Of a DNA stretch of 64,000 bases, positions 21,412 to 32,001 are shown one piece after another. The notes beneath the pieces were generated by a model. The model did not search any database, was not told the origin of the DNA, and was given only the letters and a program-made list of their open reading frames with translations. This DNA is from Chromatiales bacterium (GTDB taxonomy: Bacteria; Pseudomonadota; Gammaproteobacteria; Steroidobacterales; GCA-2729495): contig JABIQA010000167.1 in the NCBI GenBank assembly GCA_018699155.1, positions 6,699-70,698 on the forward strand. Reading direction: 5' to 3'. Each line of letters begins with the position of its first letter. Within the stretch, counting starts at the first letter, position 1. The position numbers and the translations under genes are program-made.

Positions 21412-22641
21412 ATGAGCAAGAAAGTTATTGTTGTCGGTGCTGGGCATGCTGCCGGGCAGGTGGCGGTGTCATTGCGACAAAAAGGTTTTGACGGTGCCAT
21501 CACTCTCGTCGGCGAAGAAGCCTACGCGCCCTATCAGCGGCCGCCCCTGTCGAAAGCCTTTTTGGCTGGCGAATTGGATGCCAACCGCTTGATGTTCAAG
21601 CCCGAGAGGTACTACCCGGAACACAACATCGAGCTTGAGCTGAATACCCGGGTCGAATCTATCGATAGGGAAAATAAATCAGTCGCTCTGAGCAGTGGCA
21701 AGCAATTGGATTATGACTGGCTGGTGCTCACTACAGGCAGCCGCGTCCGCAAAGCCCCGATTCCTGGCAGCGAACTGGCCAACGTGCATTATCTTCGTAA
21801 CATCACTGACGTCGAGGCTATTCGCAGCGGCTTAACGCCGGGAAGCAACCTAGTAATAGTGGGCGCCGGTTACATTGGTCTGGAAGTTGCAGCTATTGCA
21901 AAAAAAGGCGGGCTCAATGTAACCGTACTGGAAATGGCCGAGCGGCCACTGCAGCGCGCCGTTGCGCCCGAACTTTCCGATTTCTACACCAAACTGCATA
22001 CCGACGCCGGCGTAGACCTGCGTTGCAATGTCCGCATCGAGAGCTTTAGTGGCAGCACTGCCGTTACAGGTGTGAACCTGAAGGGTGCAGCGCCGCTGCC
22101 AGCCGACATTGTCATTATTGGCATTGGTATTCTACCAAACACCGAACTCGCTGAGGCAGCAGGCCTTACTATTGATAATGGTATTGCTGTCGACGAGTTC
22201 TGCCGCACCGAGGATCCGAGCATTCTCTCTGCTGGCGACTGCACATCTCACCCCAACCGGCTGCTAGGTCGTCGGCTGCGCCTTGAATCAGTGCACAACG
22301 CATTAGAACAAGCCAAAACAGTAGCCTGCACTATCTGCGGCGAACCGGTGGAGTACGCGCAAATCCCCTGGTTCTGGTCAGACCAATACGACATTAAGTT
22401 ACAGATTGTCGGCTTATCGGAGGGCTATGACACAGTGATATTGCGTGGCGAGCCTGCCAGTAAACATTTTGCGGCCTTCTATCTGAAGGGCAACAAATTG
22501 CTTTCTGTCGATGCCATAAACAGCGCGCGCGAATTCATGTTGGCAAAGAAGTTGTTGGCGAAGGGCGCTGAATTGGATGTCGAACAACTCAAAGACATGA
22601 GCATACCGTTCAAGGATATAGCTACCGCGGCTCTCGCCTAA
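21412..22641 (+). CDS. FAD/NAD(P)-dependent ferredoxin (rubredoxin/putidaredoxin-type) reductase
   Basis: There are two dinucleotide-binding motifs (VVGAGHAAG and IVGAGYIGLE) and a C-terminal reductase dimerisation domain (WFWSDQYD). Confidence 0.8.
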   Translation: MSKKVIVVGAGHAAGQVAVSLRQKGFDGAITLVGEEAYAPYQRPPLSKAFLAGELDANRLMFKPERYYPEHNIELELNTRVESIDRENKSVALSSGKQLDYDWLVLTTGSRVRKAPIPGSELANVHYLRNITDVEAIRSGLTPGSNLVIVGAGYIGLEVAAIAKKGGLNVTVLEMAERPLQRAVAPELSDFYTKLHTDAGVDLRCNVRIESFSGSTAVTGVNLKGAAPLPADIVIIGIGILPNTELAEAAGLTIDNGIAVDEFCRTEDPSILSAGDCTSHPNRLLGRRLRLESVHNALEQAKTVACTICGEPVEYAQIPWFWSDQYDIKLQIVGLSEGYDTVILRGEPASKHFAAFYLKGNKLLSVDAINSAREFMLAKKLLAKGAELDVEQLKDMSIPFKDIATAALA

Positions 22642-22644
22642 TAG

Positions 22645-23286
22645 CTAACGCTTAATACTTAACTGCAACTCGCCCCGCTGAATATCGGGGTCATTTATAG
22701 GGTTTAACAAAACCTCCGAGTAGTGCCCTGTTGCACTCGAATACAAACCACTAATGCCGACAATCCGATTACCGGCACCTTCACCGGCCATGGTCAGCAT
22801 ATAACGTTCGCCTCCGGCTTGCGGTTCGCCTCCAACAAGAAAAGAACTCATGCCGTCATGAAGCAACTCACGACGACTTTCCAGCGACTGCATGTAAACA
22901 CTGCCCCGATTAGGCCAGAATATATTCCAATAGCTGCGTGTTCTAAATTCACCAAACAACAAATTCGAATTGCGCTCGCTGGCACTCAGACGCGTGGCAA
23001 AGGCCACCGGAGCATCCGATGAATCACGCAGCACCATAACTGCAGCCACAGTGTTACGAATGGCGGATTCATCGAAATCTGCGGGGCCGCGAAGCAGTCT
23101 GGCAATATTCAATAAGCCATCAGCGGTGGAATGCATGCCGTACACATCGCTGCTCGCATAGCGATAAACACCGGCACCAACAATTTCGCGCTGCAAACTA
23201 TCCTCAACCAATGGATTAAAAACCACCAGCAGAAAGCCTGTAAACCCACCCCCGAGCAACCCCAGCAATACGATCAACTTCCTCAT
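22645..23286 (-). CDS. Membrane-anchored hypothetical protein (paralog of the upstream gene)
   Basis: 213 aa with an N-terminal signal anchor (MRKLIVLLGLLGGGFTGFLLVVF). Its start overlaps the upstream stop (ATGA). I recognise no domain. Confidence 0.6.
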   Translation of the reverse strand: MRKLIVLLGLLGGGFTGFLLVVFNPLVEDSLQREIVGAGVYRYASSDVYGMHSTADGLLNIARLLRGPADFDESAIRNTVAAVMVLRDSSDAPVAFATRLSASERNSNLLFGEFRTRSYWNIFWPNRGSVYMQSLESRRELLHDGMSSFLVGGEPQAGGERYMLTMAGEGAGNRIVGISGLYSSATGHYSEVLLNPINDPDIQRGELQLSIKR

Positions 23287-23861
23287 GCAGGATCCACTCC
23301 CACCAAAAGCGTACTTAACAACAACACGCTCTCAGCTTTACCGTCGCCATCGGTGTCCTTAGATAACGGCATCTCGACATAGCTGCCCGCAAGCTCGCTG
23401 AATTCCCGATCACCGACGACCATGCGGCCCTGCTGAATATTTAACTCAAGGTTGGCACCCTCAGCCAATGCCGGAGACAATGAGGATGGGTTCTGCGACA
23501 ACAAGAAGCTGCCGCGACTCGGCAGCAGCAACAGCCAATTCACCGCGAGCTCAAACTCACCGTTCGCGTCAGGGATTAAGCTCGTCATCCGAGACGCTAA
23601 TCCAATGACTTTGCCACTCGTATTTCTTAGCTTAAACAGGTCGGCGTGAGTCCCCTGCGCTGGAAATGCAGCCACTAGATCTTGCTGAGCCTGAGTAATG
23701 CGATCCCGGTCTAAATGTATATAAAAGTCTTCTTTGCGGCCGCCGTTAGCAACCACCTCAATATCTGACCGCACCCGCAGCTGATTTGGCAGCGGATAGA
23801 AATAGGCTCCGGTAATCACCAGCGTTAATCCCAGAATAAAAGCTGTAATGAAAGCTTTAAT
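23283..23861 (-). CDS. Membrane-anchored hypothetical protein (paralog of 22645..23286); possible ATT start
   Basis: The ORF track starts at the GTG at 23819. The frame stays open upstream and encodes IKAFITAFILGLTLVITGAYF, a signal anchor. An ATT codon at 23861 lies 6 nt after a GGAG. The 5' end is uncertain (23819 to 23861). Confidence 0.55.
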   Translation of the reverse strand: MKAFITAFILGLTLVITGAYFYPLPNQLRVRSDIEVVANGGRKEDFYIHLDRDRITQAQQDLVAAFPAQGTHADLFKLRNTSGKVIGLASRMTSLIPDANGEFELAVNWLLLLPSRGSFLLSQNPSSLSPALAEGANLELNIQQGRMVVGDREFSELAGSYVEMPLSKDTDGDGKAESVLLLSTLLVGVDPA

Positions 23862-23956
23862 AAACGGCTCCTAATCGAAAAATCACACTCCGCTCGGTAC
23901 TAGCCACCACCCTACCAAAAGGACAGCGGCAGACAACCCTGCCACTTAAAGGCACG

Positions 23957-25522
23957 CTAAGAATAATAGCGCTGAATGTATTCATCAAAAGTAACTGTAT
24001 CGGACTTTTCTATGTCGGCCTGACGCAACAACGATGCGGCAGCCTCTTCAGTCAATGCAGTGCGGCGCACATTGTGTTCAGGCGCCTGTGCCAGAAAATA
24101 ATCTCTATTAGCGCCAGCTACCTTTAGCCCGTATTCAACGAAAGACAAGCCGCTTTCATGAAGCTCAGCCAGCATGCGCGCCGATGGCGTAAGCTCAGGG
24201 TCTCTCGCAACAGCCAGCTGAATTGCCAGGGACTGCTGGTATTCCTCACCCACACTGCAATCCAGCATCGCTGCAACCGGCTGCATATCTTCGAGCAACT
24301 CCAGCGCCCAATCTTGCATAGAAACCTCAGCACCGTTCCGTTGCAGCTTGAGCCCGGGTTTACGACCGTACTCAGCAACAGCCGCCTGATTGGCTTTATT
24401 CTCGGCCGCTTCATCAATGCTAATCGGCGGACTGTCCTGCAACATACAATAGGCGAGGTAGGTTTCAACAAAACGTATCTCAGCCTGATTAATACCGACC
24501 GGATCAAATGGACTCACATCAAGCACACGTAACTCTACGTACTCAACACCACCACGCCGCAAGGCTTTGGTCGGTCGCTCACCGGTTCGTGCTACCCGCT
24601 TGGGTCGCACCGAACTGTAATACTCGTTCTCAATCTGTAATCGATTGGTATTTAGCTGCAGGCGCTCACCATTATTATCCCGCAAGCCCAATGCCTGCCA
24701 CTGCGCATCAGGGGATTTAATGGCCGCCGAAAGGTCGCGGACATATTCATCAAGGCTATTAGCAGATACATGCAGCGCAGACTGGCTGGTGTTTTGATAA
24801 CCCAAACCACTCATACGCAATGATGTGGCATAGGGTCCGAACACAGTGCTCTCGTCTAACTGCTCGAGACTGGTCTCACTGCCTTTCAGAAAGCTTTTGC
24901 AGACCGCAGGAGAAGCCCCAAATAGATACAATATCAGCCAGTCAAACCGCCGCACGTTGCGCACTAAGCTCATATAAGCAGCCGAACGAAAATCACCGGC
25001 ATCATCAGTAGAGCCTTCCAGTTCCTGATAGACAGGCCAGAAATATTCAGGCAATGAATAGTTGAGGTGCAGGCCAGAAATAACCTGCATGAAACGCCCA
25101 TAACGATTGCCTAGGCCCATTCGATATAGGGTTTTCATCCGGCCAACATTAGAATCGCCGTATTGAGCAAGACGAATTGACGATTCGGTGGTCAGCCCGC
25201 AGGGCATGCTAAAAGGCCATAAAAGCTCGTCGCCCATGCCCTCAACGGCGAACTGATGCAGGTCGAACAAACATTGCATCACTTCCCAAGTACTTGGCTG
25301 GGGCGGAGTAACGAACTCAACGAGCGCTTCGGAATAATCGGTGGTGATGAACTTGTGCGTCAGCGCCGACCCCAGAGCTTCCGGATGCGGTGTCTGCGCG
25401 ATACGGCCATCTGCAGCAATACGCAAACATTCACGCTCTATACCGCGCATACCCCCACCGAATAGACTTTTGCAATCCCGCTGCTGCAATTCACGAAGGC
25501 GTCTTGCGTACACATCACTCAT
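23957..25522 (-). CDS. gshA: Glutamate-cysteine ligase
   Basis: 521 aa. The sequence GMRGIERECLRI and the overall length are typical of proteobacterial GshA. Confidence 0.9.
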   Translation of the reverse strand: MSDVYARRLRELQQRDCKSLFGGGMRGIERECLRIAADGRIAQTPHPEALGSALTHKFITTDYSEALVEFVTPPQPSTWEVMQCLFDLHQFAVEGMGDELLWPFSMPCGLTTESSIRLAQYGDSNVGRMKTLYRMGLGNRYGRFMQVISGLHLNYSLPEYFWPVYQELEGSTDDAGDFRSAAYMSLVRNVRRFDWLILYLFGASPAVCKSFLKGSETSLEQLDESTVFGPYATSLRMSGLGYQNTSQSALHVSANSLDEYVRDLSAAIKSPDAQWQALGLRDNNGERLQLNTNRLQIENEYYSSVRPKRVARTGERPTKALRRGGVEYVELRVLDVSPFDPVGINQAEIRFVETYLAYCMLQDSPPISIDEAAENKANQAAVAEYGRKPGLKLQRNGAEVSMQDWALELLEDMQPVAAMLDCSVGEEYQQSLAIQLAVARDPELTPSARMLAELHESGLSFVEYGLKVAGANRDYFLAQAPEHNVRRTALTEEAAASLLRQADIEKSDTVTFDEYIQRYYS

Positions 25523-25884
25523 TAGCTATCTGACCTTTCCATCGTTCTATGCACAAAAATGACCGGATCATAACGACCAGAAGAGTCTGCTAAATAGGGA
25601 CTCACCGCAAGAAAGCGCAACAATAACCTAAAAAAACCGCTAAGACACACCCATTCTAAGCACACCTCATCCAGCATTCAGGCCAGAATATTCATTACTT
25701 AAGAACTGCAATGTCGAATCTGTACATAGCGTGAATATTGTTATGTTGAGGAAGAACAAATCATCAAGAATGCCATCAACCATTGTGAAAGGTTGCCCGC
25801 TGTTGTTTTGTTCATAAATAACTGCCAACCAATACGAATACTGTGGATTGACGGCGGCGGCGTTACCACCTTAAAAACCGGCAA

Positions 25885-26901
25885 CTAAGGCAAGCTTGCG
25901 GCATTCAGTAACCAGCGATTCACCCAGCTTGTAAGGCGATAATTCTCCAGATACCCGCAATGACCGCCAAAACTGCTCACGTCGACTTTGAAACAATCTG
26001 TAGTCTGCAAGCGGTTCAGACCGCTAACTGGAATAATAGGATCATCCGCGGCAAGCAGCACGCGCGAATCAACATTTAGGTTTTCGAGACGCCCACGAAC
26101 CAGAGAGTATTCATGCAGATAGTTATAGAGGTCAGGGTACTCTGTGTGATGAACAACAAAGTGTTCCGTCATCTCAGTGAGCGTCGCAAAACGCTGCAAC
26201 TCTGAGAAATCATAGCGGCCCGGGAAAGCTGACATTTTCTTCATCAGGGAGTTGCGCCATTTGTTCAGAAAGTACCAACGATAAATAAACCAACCAGTAT
26301 CAAGTGCATGCATAGTCTCGGCTGGGTCCAATACAGGGCAAACCGCCAGAACGCGGAACACATCAATGCCATGGTTTGCAGCAAGAGCACCAACACGTAA
26401 TGCAAAGTTACCGCCTAACGAAAATCCTCCTAGCAACAAACGTGAGGGTTTATATCGGGCCTGCGCCCAGGCAACGGCATCGATTACCTCTTGCAATCGA
26501 CAGGAGTGAAACATGTCTTCATTTAAATGATGTGATGGTCCGTGATCACGAAGATTCAAACGCAGCACAGAGTAGCCTGCCGCATGAAACTGACGCGTTG
26601 CAGACAGCAAATAAACCGATTCTGCGCTGCCTTCCCAGCCGTGAATCAGAACTGTAAGGGGCGAACCCGGGGCGCCCGGCGTAAAATGAGCCAGCAACCT
26701 CACGCCATCGCCACAGGGCACAATCACATCAGTACTCAGCTTGCGCAACCCCGCAAATCGCCGGCGCACTGTTCCGGCGCGAATACCGGCACTCGACAGC
26801 ACTGCCTGGATATGCGGATTAGCCAGGCCCAGTGCGGGTGAGAATTCAGTGATGTCAGACGGGTTCTTGAGCAATGAGGTACCGCAAGCGAGGAGATTCA
26901 A
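25885..26901 (-). CDS. YheT/ABHD-like alpha/beta hydrolase
   Basis: It has NPHIQAVL, IHGWEGS, the nucleophile motif GFSLGGN, and a C-terminal GGHCGY. The start is a TTG and is uncertain. Confidence 0.75.
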   Translation of the reverse strand: MNLLACGTSLLKNPSDITEFSPALGLANPHIQAVLSSAGIRAGTVRRRFAGLRKLSTDVIVPCGDGVRLLAHFTPGAPGSPLTVLIHGWEGSAESVYLLSATRQFHAAGYSVLRLNLRDHGPSHHLNEDMFHSCRLQEVIDAVAWAQARYKPSRLLLGGFSLGGNFALRVGALAANHGIDVFRVLAVCPVLDPAETMHALDTGWFIYRWYFLNKWRNSLMKKMSAFPGRYDFSELQRFATLTEMTEHFVVHHTEYPDLYNYLHEYSLVRGRLENLNVDSRVLLAADDPIIPVSGLNRLQTTDCFKVDVSSFGGHCGYLENYRLTSWVNRWLLNAASLP

Positions 26902-27011
26902 GCCGGGAAAGGGGCAGCATAACGAACCCGACCGTATGAATCAGAAAATGGATGATAGCGCGTCTATCCGGCATAATAGCCCACTCCAACACTAAGATAC
27001 GGAATGCCACT

Positions 27012-27383
27012 ATGACTCACCGCACCTCAATTTTTCGCCGGGCTCTGCACACGCTGATCCTAACCTCAGCAGGCCTGTTTATGGCCACGACGGCACAGGC
27101 AAATTGTAACTTTCCAGCAAATGTCGAGATTCCTGACGGCAGTACCGCCACTGAAGCCGAATTAGTTGCGACGCAAGGTACTGTCAAGCAGTATATGGCT
27201 GCAGTTGAAACCTATCTCGCCTGCCTCGAAGAGGAAACTAATGCATTAGGACCCGACGTCACTGAAGATCAGATCCGGGTTAGCGATATGAAACACAACG
27301 CTGCTGTCGACGAAATGGAAAAAATCGCGTCAGCTTTTAATGCTGAAATTCGTGCATTCAATAAAAAGAATTCAACCGACTAA
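27012..27383 (+). CDS. Small secreted hypothetical protein
   Basis: The start is trimmed to the ATG at 27012. A signal peptide (LILTSAGLFMATTAQA-NC) is followed by a helical mature part with two Cys residues. Confidence 0.55.
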   Translation: MTHRTSIFRRALHTLILTSAGLFMATTAQANCNFPANVEIPDGSTATEAELVATQGTVKQYMAAVETYLACLEEETNALGPDVTEDQIRVSDMKHNAAVDEMEKIASAFNAEIRAFNKKNSTD

Positions 27384-27386
27384 AGC

Positions 27387-27431
27387 GCCTAAAGTAGAAT
27401 AAAGCTTTGTATTTATAGGCTTATTTTTTTT
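27387..27431 (+). terminator. Probable intrinsic terminator
   Basis: An imperfect hairpin (GCCTA...TAGGC with an extended AT-rich stem) is followed by TTATTTTTTTT. Confidence 0.5.
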
Positions 27432-27627
27432 CGGCGTAGGCTGCCTGACCAGAGTTCATGGCTTGGCATGCCCGCTTTATGTTGATACAGATTCAATCCG
27501 GCACAGCCGGTGGTAGAATTCCGCCCCCGATTCAGGTGCACGCCAACGAACTCCGTAATAACAGGCTTGCCCAGAAACACTCCAGAATCAACACTAATTA
27601 CCAGAACGAAACACAGGAACTTAAACA

Positions 27628-28611
27628 ATGAAATCCCCCGTTAGAGTCGCCATTACCGGCGCCGCCGGCCAGATCGGTTACGCACTGGCCTTCCGTATTG
27701 CTTCAGGCCAGATGCTTGGTGCCGATCAACCCGTCATCCTTCAGCTGCTGGAAATTACCCCCGCACTTGGCGCGCTGAATGGTGTTGCAATGGAACTTGA
27801 TGATTGCGCATTCCCCACCCTTGCTGGAATCGTTACAAGCGACGACCCTAACGTGGCGTTCAAAGACGCTGACTACGCGCTGCTCGTTGGTGCCAAACCT
27901 CGCGGCCCCGGCATGGAGCGCGCTGACCTGTTGCAAGGCAATGCGGCCATCTTCTCAGTACAGGGCAAGGCCATGAACGATCACGCCAGCCGCAATATTA
28001 AAGTATTGGTTGTCGGAAACCCTGCTAACACCAATGCACTTATTGCACAGAAGAATGCACCCAGTATTCCAAAAGAAAACTTTACTGCAATGACCCGCCT
28101 TGATCACAACCGTGCGCTTGCCCAGCTTGCCGGCAAAGCCGGTGTTCACAACACTGATGTAACAGGCGCCATCATCTGGGGCAACCACTCAGCTACTCAA
28201 TACCCGGACATCAGCCATTGCACTATCGCTGGTAAAGCCGCCAATGATGCGATTGACAGCAACTGGTTACAGGGCGAGTTCATCACCACCGTACAGCAAC
28301 GTGGCGCAGCCATTATTAAAGCTCGCGGTCTTTCAAGCGCTGCATCAGCCGCATCATCTGCCATTGATCATGTGCGTGACTGGGCGCTCGGTACGCCTGT
28401 CGGCGAATACACCAGCATGGCCGTGCCTTCAGATGGCAGCTACGGCATTGCTGAAGGCCTTGTTTATTCGTTCCCTGTCACGTGCAAGGCTGGCACGTAT
28501 GAAATAGTTCAGGGTCTGTCAGTATCCGATTTCAGCCGCAAGCTGATGGATGCTACCGATACTGAGCTGCGTGAAGAACGCGCTGCTGTGGAGCATCTGT
28601 TCCCAGCGTAA
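27628..28611 (+). CDS. mdh: Malate dehydrogenase (327-aa, LDH-unlike MDH type)
   Basis: [20 protein letters not shown] and GNPANTNA are diagnostic for this MDH class. Confidence 0.95.
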   Translation: MKSPVRVAITGAAGQIGYALAFRIASGQMLGADQPVILQLLEITPALGALNGVAMELDDCAFPTLAGIVTSDDPNVAFKDADYALLVGAKPRGPGMERADLLQGNAAIFSVQGKAMNDHASRNIKVLVVGNPANTNALIAQKNAPSIPKENFTAMTRLDHNRALAQLAGKAGVHNTDVTGAIIWGNHSATQYPDISHCTIAGKAANDAIDSNWLQGEFITTVQQRGAAIIKARGLSSAASAASSAIDHVRDWALGTPVGEYTSMAVPSDGSYGIAEGLVYSFPVTCKAGTYEIVQGLSVSDFSRKLMDATDTELREERAAVEHLFPA

Positions 28612-28631
28612 GCAACTGCAAAAGCATCAAT

Positions 28632-28659
28632 AAAAAAGCCCGCTAATGCGGGCTTTTTT
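28632..28659 (+). terminator. Intrinsic terminator of mdh
   Basis: AAAAAAGCCCGC-TAAT-GCGGGCTTTTTT: a perfect 6-bp GC stem followed by a T6 tract. Confidence 0.8.
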
Positions 28660-28861
28660 ATTGCCGCATGTTCAGCAAAGTACATCCGATAAACACCTAA
28701 TGCTCAGCAGTACTGGCCTCAGTGCTTATGCTGAAAGGTCGGCCAGATGTGCGCATGGCGTTTTATCGCGCGGAGAAAGCAATGCTTAAGGTATAGTTTA
28801 AGGACAACTGTTGGCGCTACAGTGGCTCTGCCACTGAAATAGATGCTAGCTATTAAGAACA

Positions 28862-28871
28862 AAACCGGTTT
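28862..28871. promoter_or_regulatory. Perfect 10-bp palindrome AAACCGGTTT upstream of fadE (possible PsrA-type operator)
   Basis: The palindrome lies 45 nt upstream of the fadE GTG. The AAAC-N2-GTTT layout matches what I recall for PsrA boxes upstream of beta-oxidation genes. This rests on the motif alone. Confidence 0.25.
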
Positions 28872-28915
28872 AGGGCTTTTCGGACCCCTAACCTTTCAAT
28901 TGGAAGGGTTTTATC

Positions 28916-31369
28916 GTGGCTACTCTGCTTTCTGCTTTGATTGGGTTCGCGCTGTTTTTAAGCGTGCTCATTTTTCTCGCTTACAAACGCTTCGACCTGC
29001 GCAGCTCAACCATTGCTACCGGCGTGGCACTGGCAATTTATACCGCGGCCGGCAGTGGCTTCTGGCTTTTGCTGCTTTGGGTCGTTTTCGGCGGCATGGT
29101 CTTACTCAACCTAAAGTCTTTCCGCCGAACACGATTGAGCGCACCCGCATTCAATATCTACAAAACCATGGTGCCCACCCTCTCTGATACCGAAAGAGAA
29201 GCACTGGAAGCAGGTACCGTCGGCTGGGATGGCGAACTGTTCACCGGCCATCCGAACTGGAACCAGTGGCTGTCTATTCCAAAACCCAAATTAACGTCGG
29301 AAGAACAGGCATTTCTCGATGGGCCCTGCGAAGAACTTTGCAGCATGCTGGATGACTGGCAGATTGTGCATGAGCTTGGCGACCTGCCCCCCGAAGTCTG
29401 GGCCTATATTAAAGAGCATCAATTCTTCGCCATGAAGATTCCTACCGAATACGGCGGCCTGGGCTTTTCAGCCAGTGCGGTAGCCAAAGTTCTGGCTAAA
29501 CTGGTCAGCCGTTCTGTGGTTGCGGCCAGCACGGTGGCTGTTCCCAACTCTCTCGGCCCCGGCGAACTGTTGGTTCACTACGGTACTGAAGATCAAAAAC
29601 AACGCTACCTACCCGGACTTGCCAGTGGCAAAGAGGTGCCCTGTTTTGCGCTCACCGCACCGCGTGCGGGCTCTGATGCAGCGGCGATTCCGGACACAGG
29701 CATTGTCTGTAGAGAAGAGCTCGGCGGAAAAGAGGTCCTCGGCATTCGCCTGAATTGGAATAAGCGCTACATCACTCTATCTCCGGTTGCGACTGTGCTG
29801 GGGCTCGCTTTTAAACTCTATGATCCTGAGCAACTGCTCAGCGAGGAAGTGGATGCCGGTATCACTGTCGCACTCATTCCCACCAATACCGCAGGCGTCA
29901 CCATCGGGCGGCGGCATATGCCGCTTGGCACGCCGTTTCAAAACGGCCCTACCCAGGGTAAAGACGTATTCATGCCGATTGATGCGATCATCGGTGGTCC
30001 AGAACGTGCTGGCCAGGGTTGGCGCATGTTGATGGAGCAGCTGGCCGAAGGACGCGGCGTTTCACTGCCTTCCGAAGCTCAGGGTGGCGCGCAAGCCGCC
30101 GTCTATGCAACCGGGGCCTATGCCCGCATTCGTAAGCAGTTCAACGTATCAGTCAGCCAGTTCGAAGGTGTCGGCGAGATCATCGCCCGCATGGCCGGCA
30201 ACACCTACATTATGAATGCCAGTGTTTCGGTCACCTGCAACCTTATCTCCCGTGGTGCAAAGCCTGCGGTACCCTCAGCAATACTCAAGGCGCGCTGCAC
30301 CGAACTCGGTCGGCAGGTTTCCAGCGATGCCATGGATATTCAAGGCGGTAAAGGCGTCATGATGGGGCCCAAGAATTACCTTGCCAACACCTATGCCAGC
30401 ATTCCTATTAGCATCACCGTCGAAGGCGCCAATATCCTCACCCGCAGTCTCATTATTTTTGGCCAGGGAGCGATTCGCTGCCACCCATATGTATTGAAAG
30501 AAATGGCTGCGGCCAAGAACCCTGATTACAGTAGGGGTCTGGCTGAGTTTGATGACAGCCTGTTCAAACACATCGGCAATGCACTCGGCAATGCTGCGCG
30601 ATCATTTATACTCGCACTCACCCATGCGCGCTTTACCGATGTACCTGTGGAAGGCCCAACCAAACGCTATTACCAGCATATAAATCGATTCAGCGCTGCA
30701 TTTGCGCTCACTGCCGATATAGCCATGCTGGTGCTCGGCGGTAGCCTGAAACGCCGTGAATCACTTAGCGGCCGGCTTGCTGATGTATTTGGTTCGTTGT
30801 ATCTGGCCAGCACGGTGCTCAAGCATTTTGAAAATCAGGGGCGTCAGGAAAGTGATCTGCCTTTAGTGGAATGGGCCTGCCGTCAGCTGCTGTATCAGGC
30901 ACAGGAGCAGTTGCATGGTTTTCTGCGCAACTTCCCAAATCGACTCGTCGCAGCAGGACTCCGCGCGATGATCTTCCCGCTTGGGCGCATGTATTCAGCA
31001 CCCTCAGATAAACTGGCATTTCAAATTGTCGATTTGGTGACACATCCAACACCAAGCCGTGAGCGTTTAACCGAAGACGCTTATATAGCGAAGCACGAGA
31101 GCAATCCCTTGGGCATGTTGCAGGCGGCGCTGGAGTTGGCCGAGCATGCAGCGCCGCTGGAGAAAAAAATCCGCGATGCAGTTAAGGCAGGCCTGATCAG
31201 CGGTGCCGACCTGCCCGCGCAGATTGATGCCGCGCTTGCAAAAGGAGTGCTGACAGCCGATGAAGCTGAGGAACTGCGGCATTATGACGCAGCAGTAATG
31301 GCATTGGTGGCGGTTGACGACTTTGGTCCCGAGGCATTTGGCAGGCCCGACCATGACATAACCGCGTAA
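28916..31369 (+). CDS. fadE: Large acyl-CoA dehydrogenase (FadE type)
   Basis: 817 aa. Two N-terminal TM helices are followed by the ...MVPTLSDTEREALEAGTVGWDGELF region and the ACAD core. It is collinear with E. coli FadE (814 aa). The start is a GTG preceded by GGAAGG. Confidence 0.9.
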   Translation: MATLLSALIGFALFLSVLIFLAYKRFDLRSSTIATGVALAIYTAAGSGFWLLLLWVVFGGMVLLNLKSFRRTRLSAPAFNIYKTMVPTLSDTEREALEAGTVGWDGELFTGHPNWNQWLSIPKPKLTSEEQAFLDGPCEELCSMLDDWQIVHELGDLPPEVWAYIKEHQFFAMKIPTEYGGLGFSASAVAKVLAKLVSRSVVAASTVAVPNSLGPGELLVHYGTEDQKQRYLPGLASGKEVPCFALTAPRAGSDAAAIPDTGIVCREELGGKEVLGIRLNWNKRYITLSPVATVLGLAFKLYDPEQLLSEEVDAGITVALIPTNTAGVTIGRRHMPLGTPFQNGPTQGKDVFMPIDAIIGGPERAGQGWRMLMEQLAEGRGVSLPSEAQGGAQAAVYATGAYARIRKQFNVSVSQFEGVGEIIARMAGNTYIMNASVSVTCNLISRGAKPAVPSAILKARCTELGRQVSSDAMDIQGGKGVMMGPKNYLANTYASIPISITVEGANILTRSLIIFGQGAIRCHPYVLKEMAAAKNPDYSRGLAEFDDSLFKHIGNALGNAARSFILALTHARFTDVPVEGPTKRYYQHINRFSAAFALTADIAMLVLGGSLKRRESLSGRLADVFGSLYLASTVLKHFENQGRQESDLPLVEWACRQLLYQAQEQLHGFLRNFPNRLVAAGLRAMIFPLGRMYSAPSDKLAFQIVDLVTHPTPSRERLTEDAYIAKHESNPLGMLQAALELAEHAAPLEKKIRDAVKAGLISGADLPAQIDAALAKGVLTADEAEELRHYDAAVMALVAVDDFGPEAFGRPDHDITA

Positions 31370-31409
31370 ACTGGAGTAATATCCCGTTTCCTCATGGAAA
31401 GGCGAGACT

Positions 31410-31913
31410 ATGAACCAGAAAACACACGGCAGAATTCTACCGGTATTGGCCGCACTGCTAGCAAGCAGCGCACTCATTGGCTGCAGTGGCGGCTCCGAAG
31501 CGCCCCAGGCAGTTGCCAAAACTGAGAATCAAAGCCCGCTCCAAGTACTGGAGATGCCGCGCACTGCTGCGCCTGAAGATGCCCGCGTCTATTTTATTAA
31601 CGTTCAGGATGCTGACATCGTTGCCTCGCCGCTAACCTTGCAGTTCGGCGCCGAAAACATCACCATTGCTACAGCAGGCAGCTACGAACCCGCAACCGGG
31701 CACCACCACTTGCTAATCGATGCAGATCTGCCGCCGTTGAATCAGGTGTTTCCCTCTGACGACAACCATGTCCACTTCGGTGGCGGTCAACTCGAAACAA
31801 CGGTTGAACTTGAGCCTGGCACCCACACGCTACAGTTACTGCTTGGTGATGGTCACCATGTACCGCATGAGCCTCCGGTAATGTCGGAAAAAATCACGAT
31901 CACGGTAGAATAA
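31410..31913 (+). CDS. DUF4399-like lipoprotein
   Basis: The lipobox ALIGC is at residues 21-25, and the TGHHHLLID motif is characteristic of DUF4399. Confidence 0.7.
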   Translation: MNQKTHGRILPVLAALLASSALIGCSGGSEAPQAVAKTENQSPLQVLEMPRTAAPEDARVYFINVQDADIVASPLTLQFGAENITIATAGSYEPATGHHHLLIDADLPPLNQVFPSDDNHVHFGGGQLETTVELEPGTHTLQLLLGDGHHVPHEPPVMSEKITITVE

Positions 31914-32001
31914 CTCTACTTACATTTAGCTCCGGCAATACCAACCTGCCGGCAGTACCACAGCAAAAATGGCCGGTATATTCGCCAACCGGAACTGAAT
32001 C

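Noticed and set aside
28843-29187. A 114-aa ORF overlaps the 5' end of fadE.
   Set aside because: It is out of frame with the FadE N-terminal TM helices, which align with E. coli FadE, and it has no independent support.
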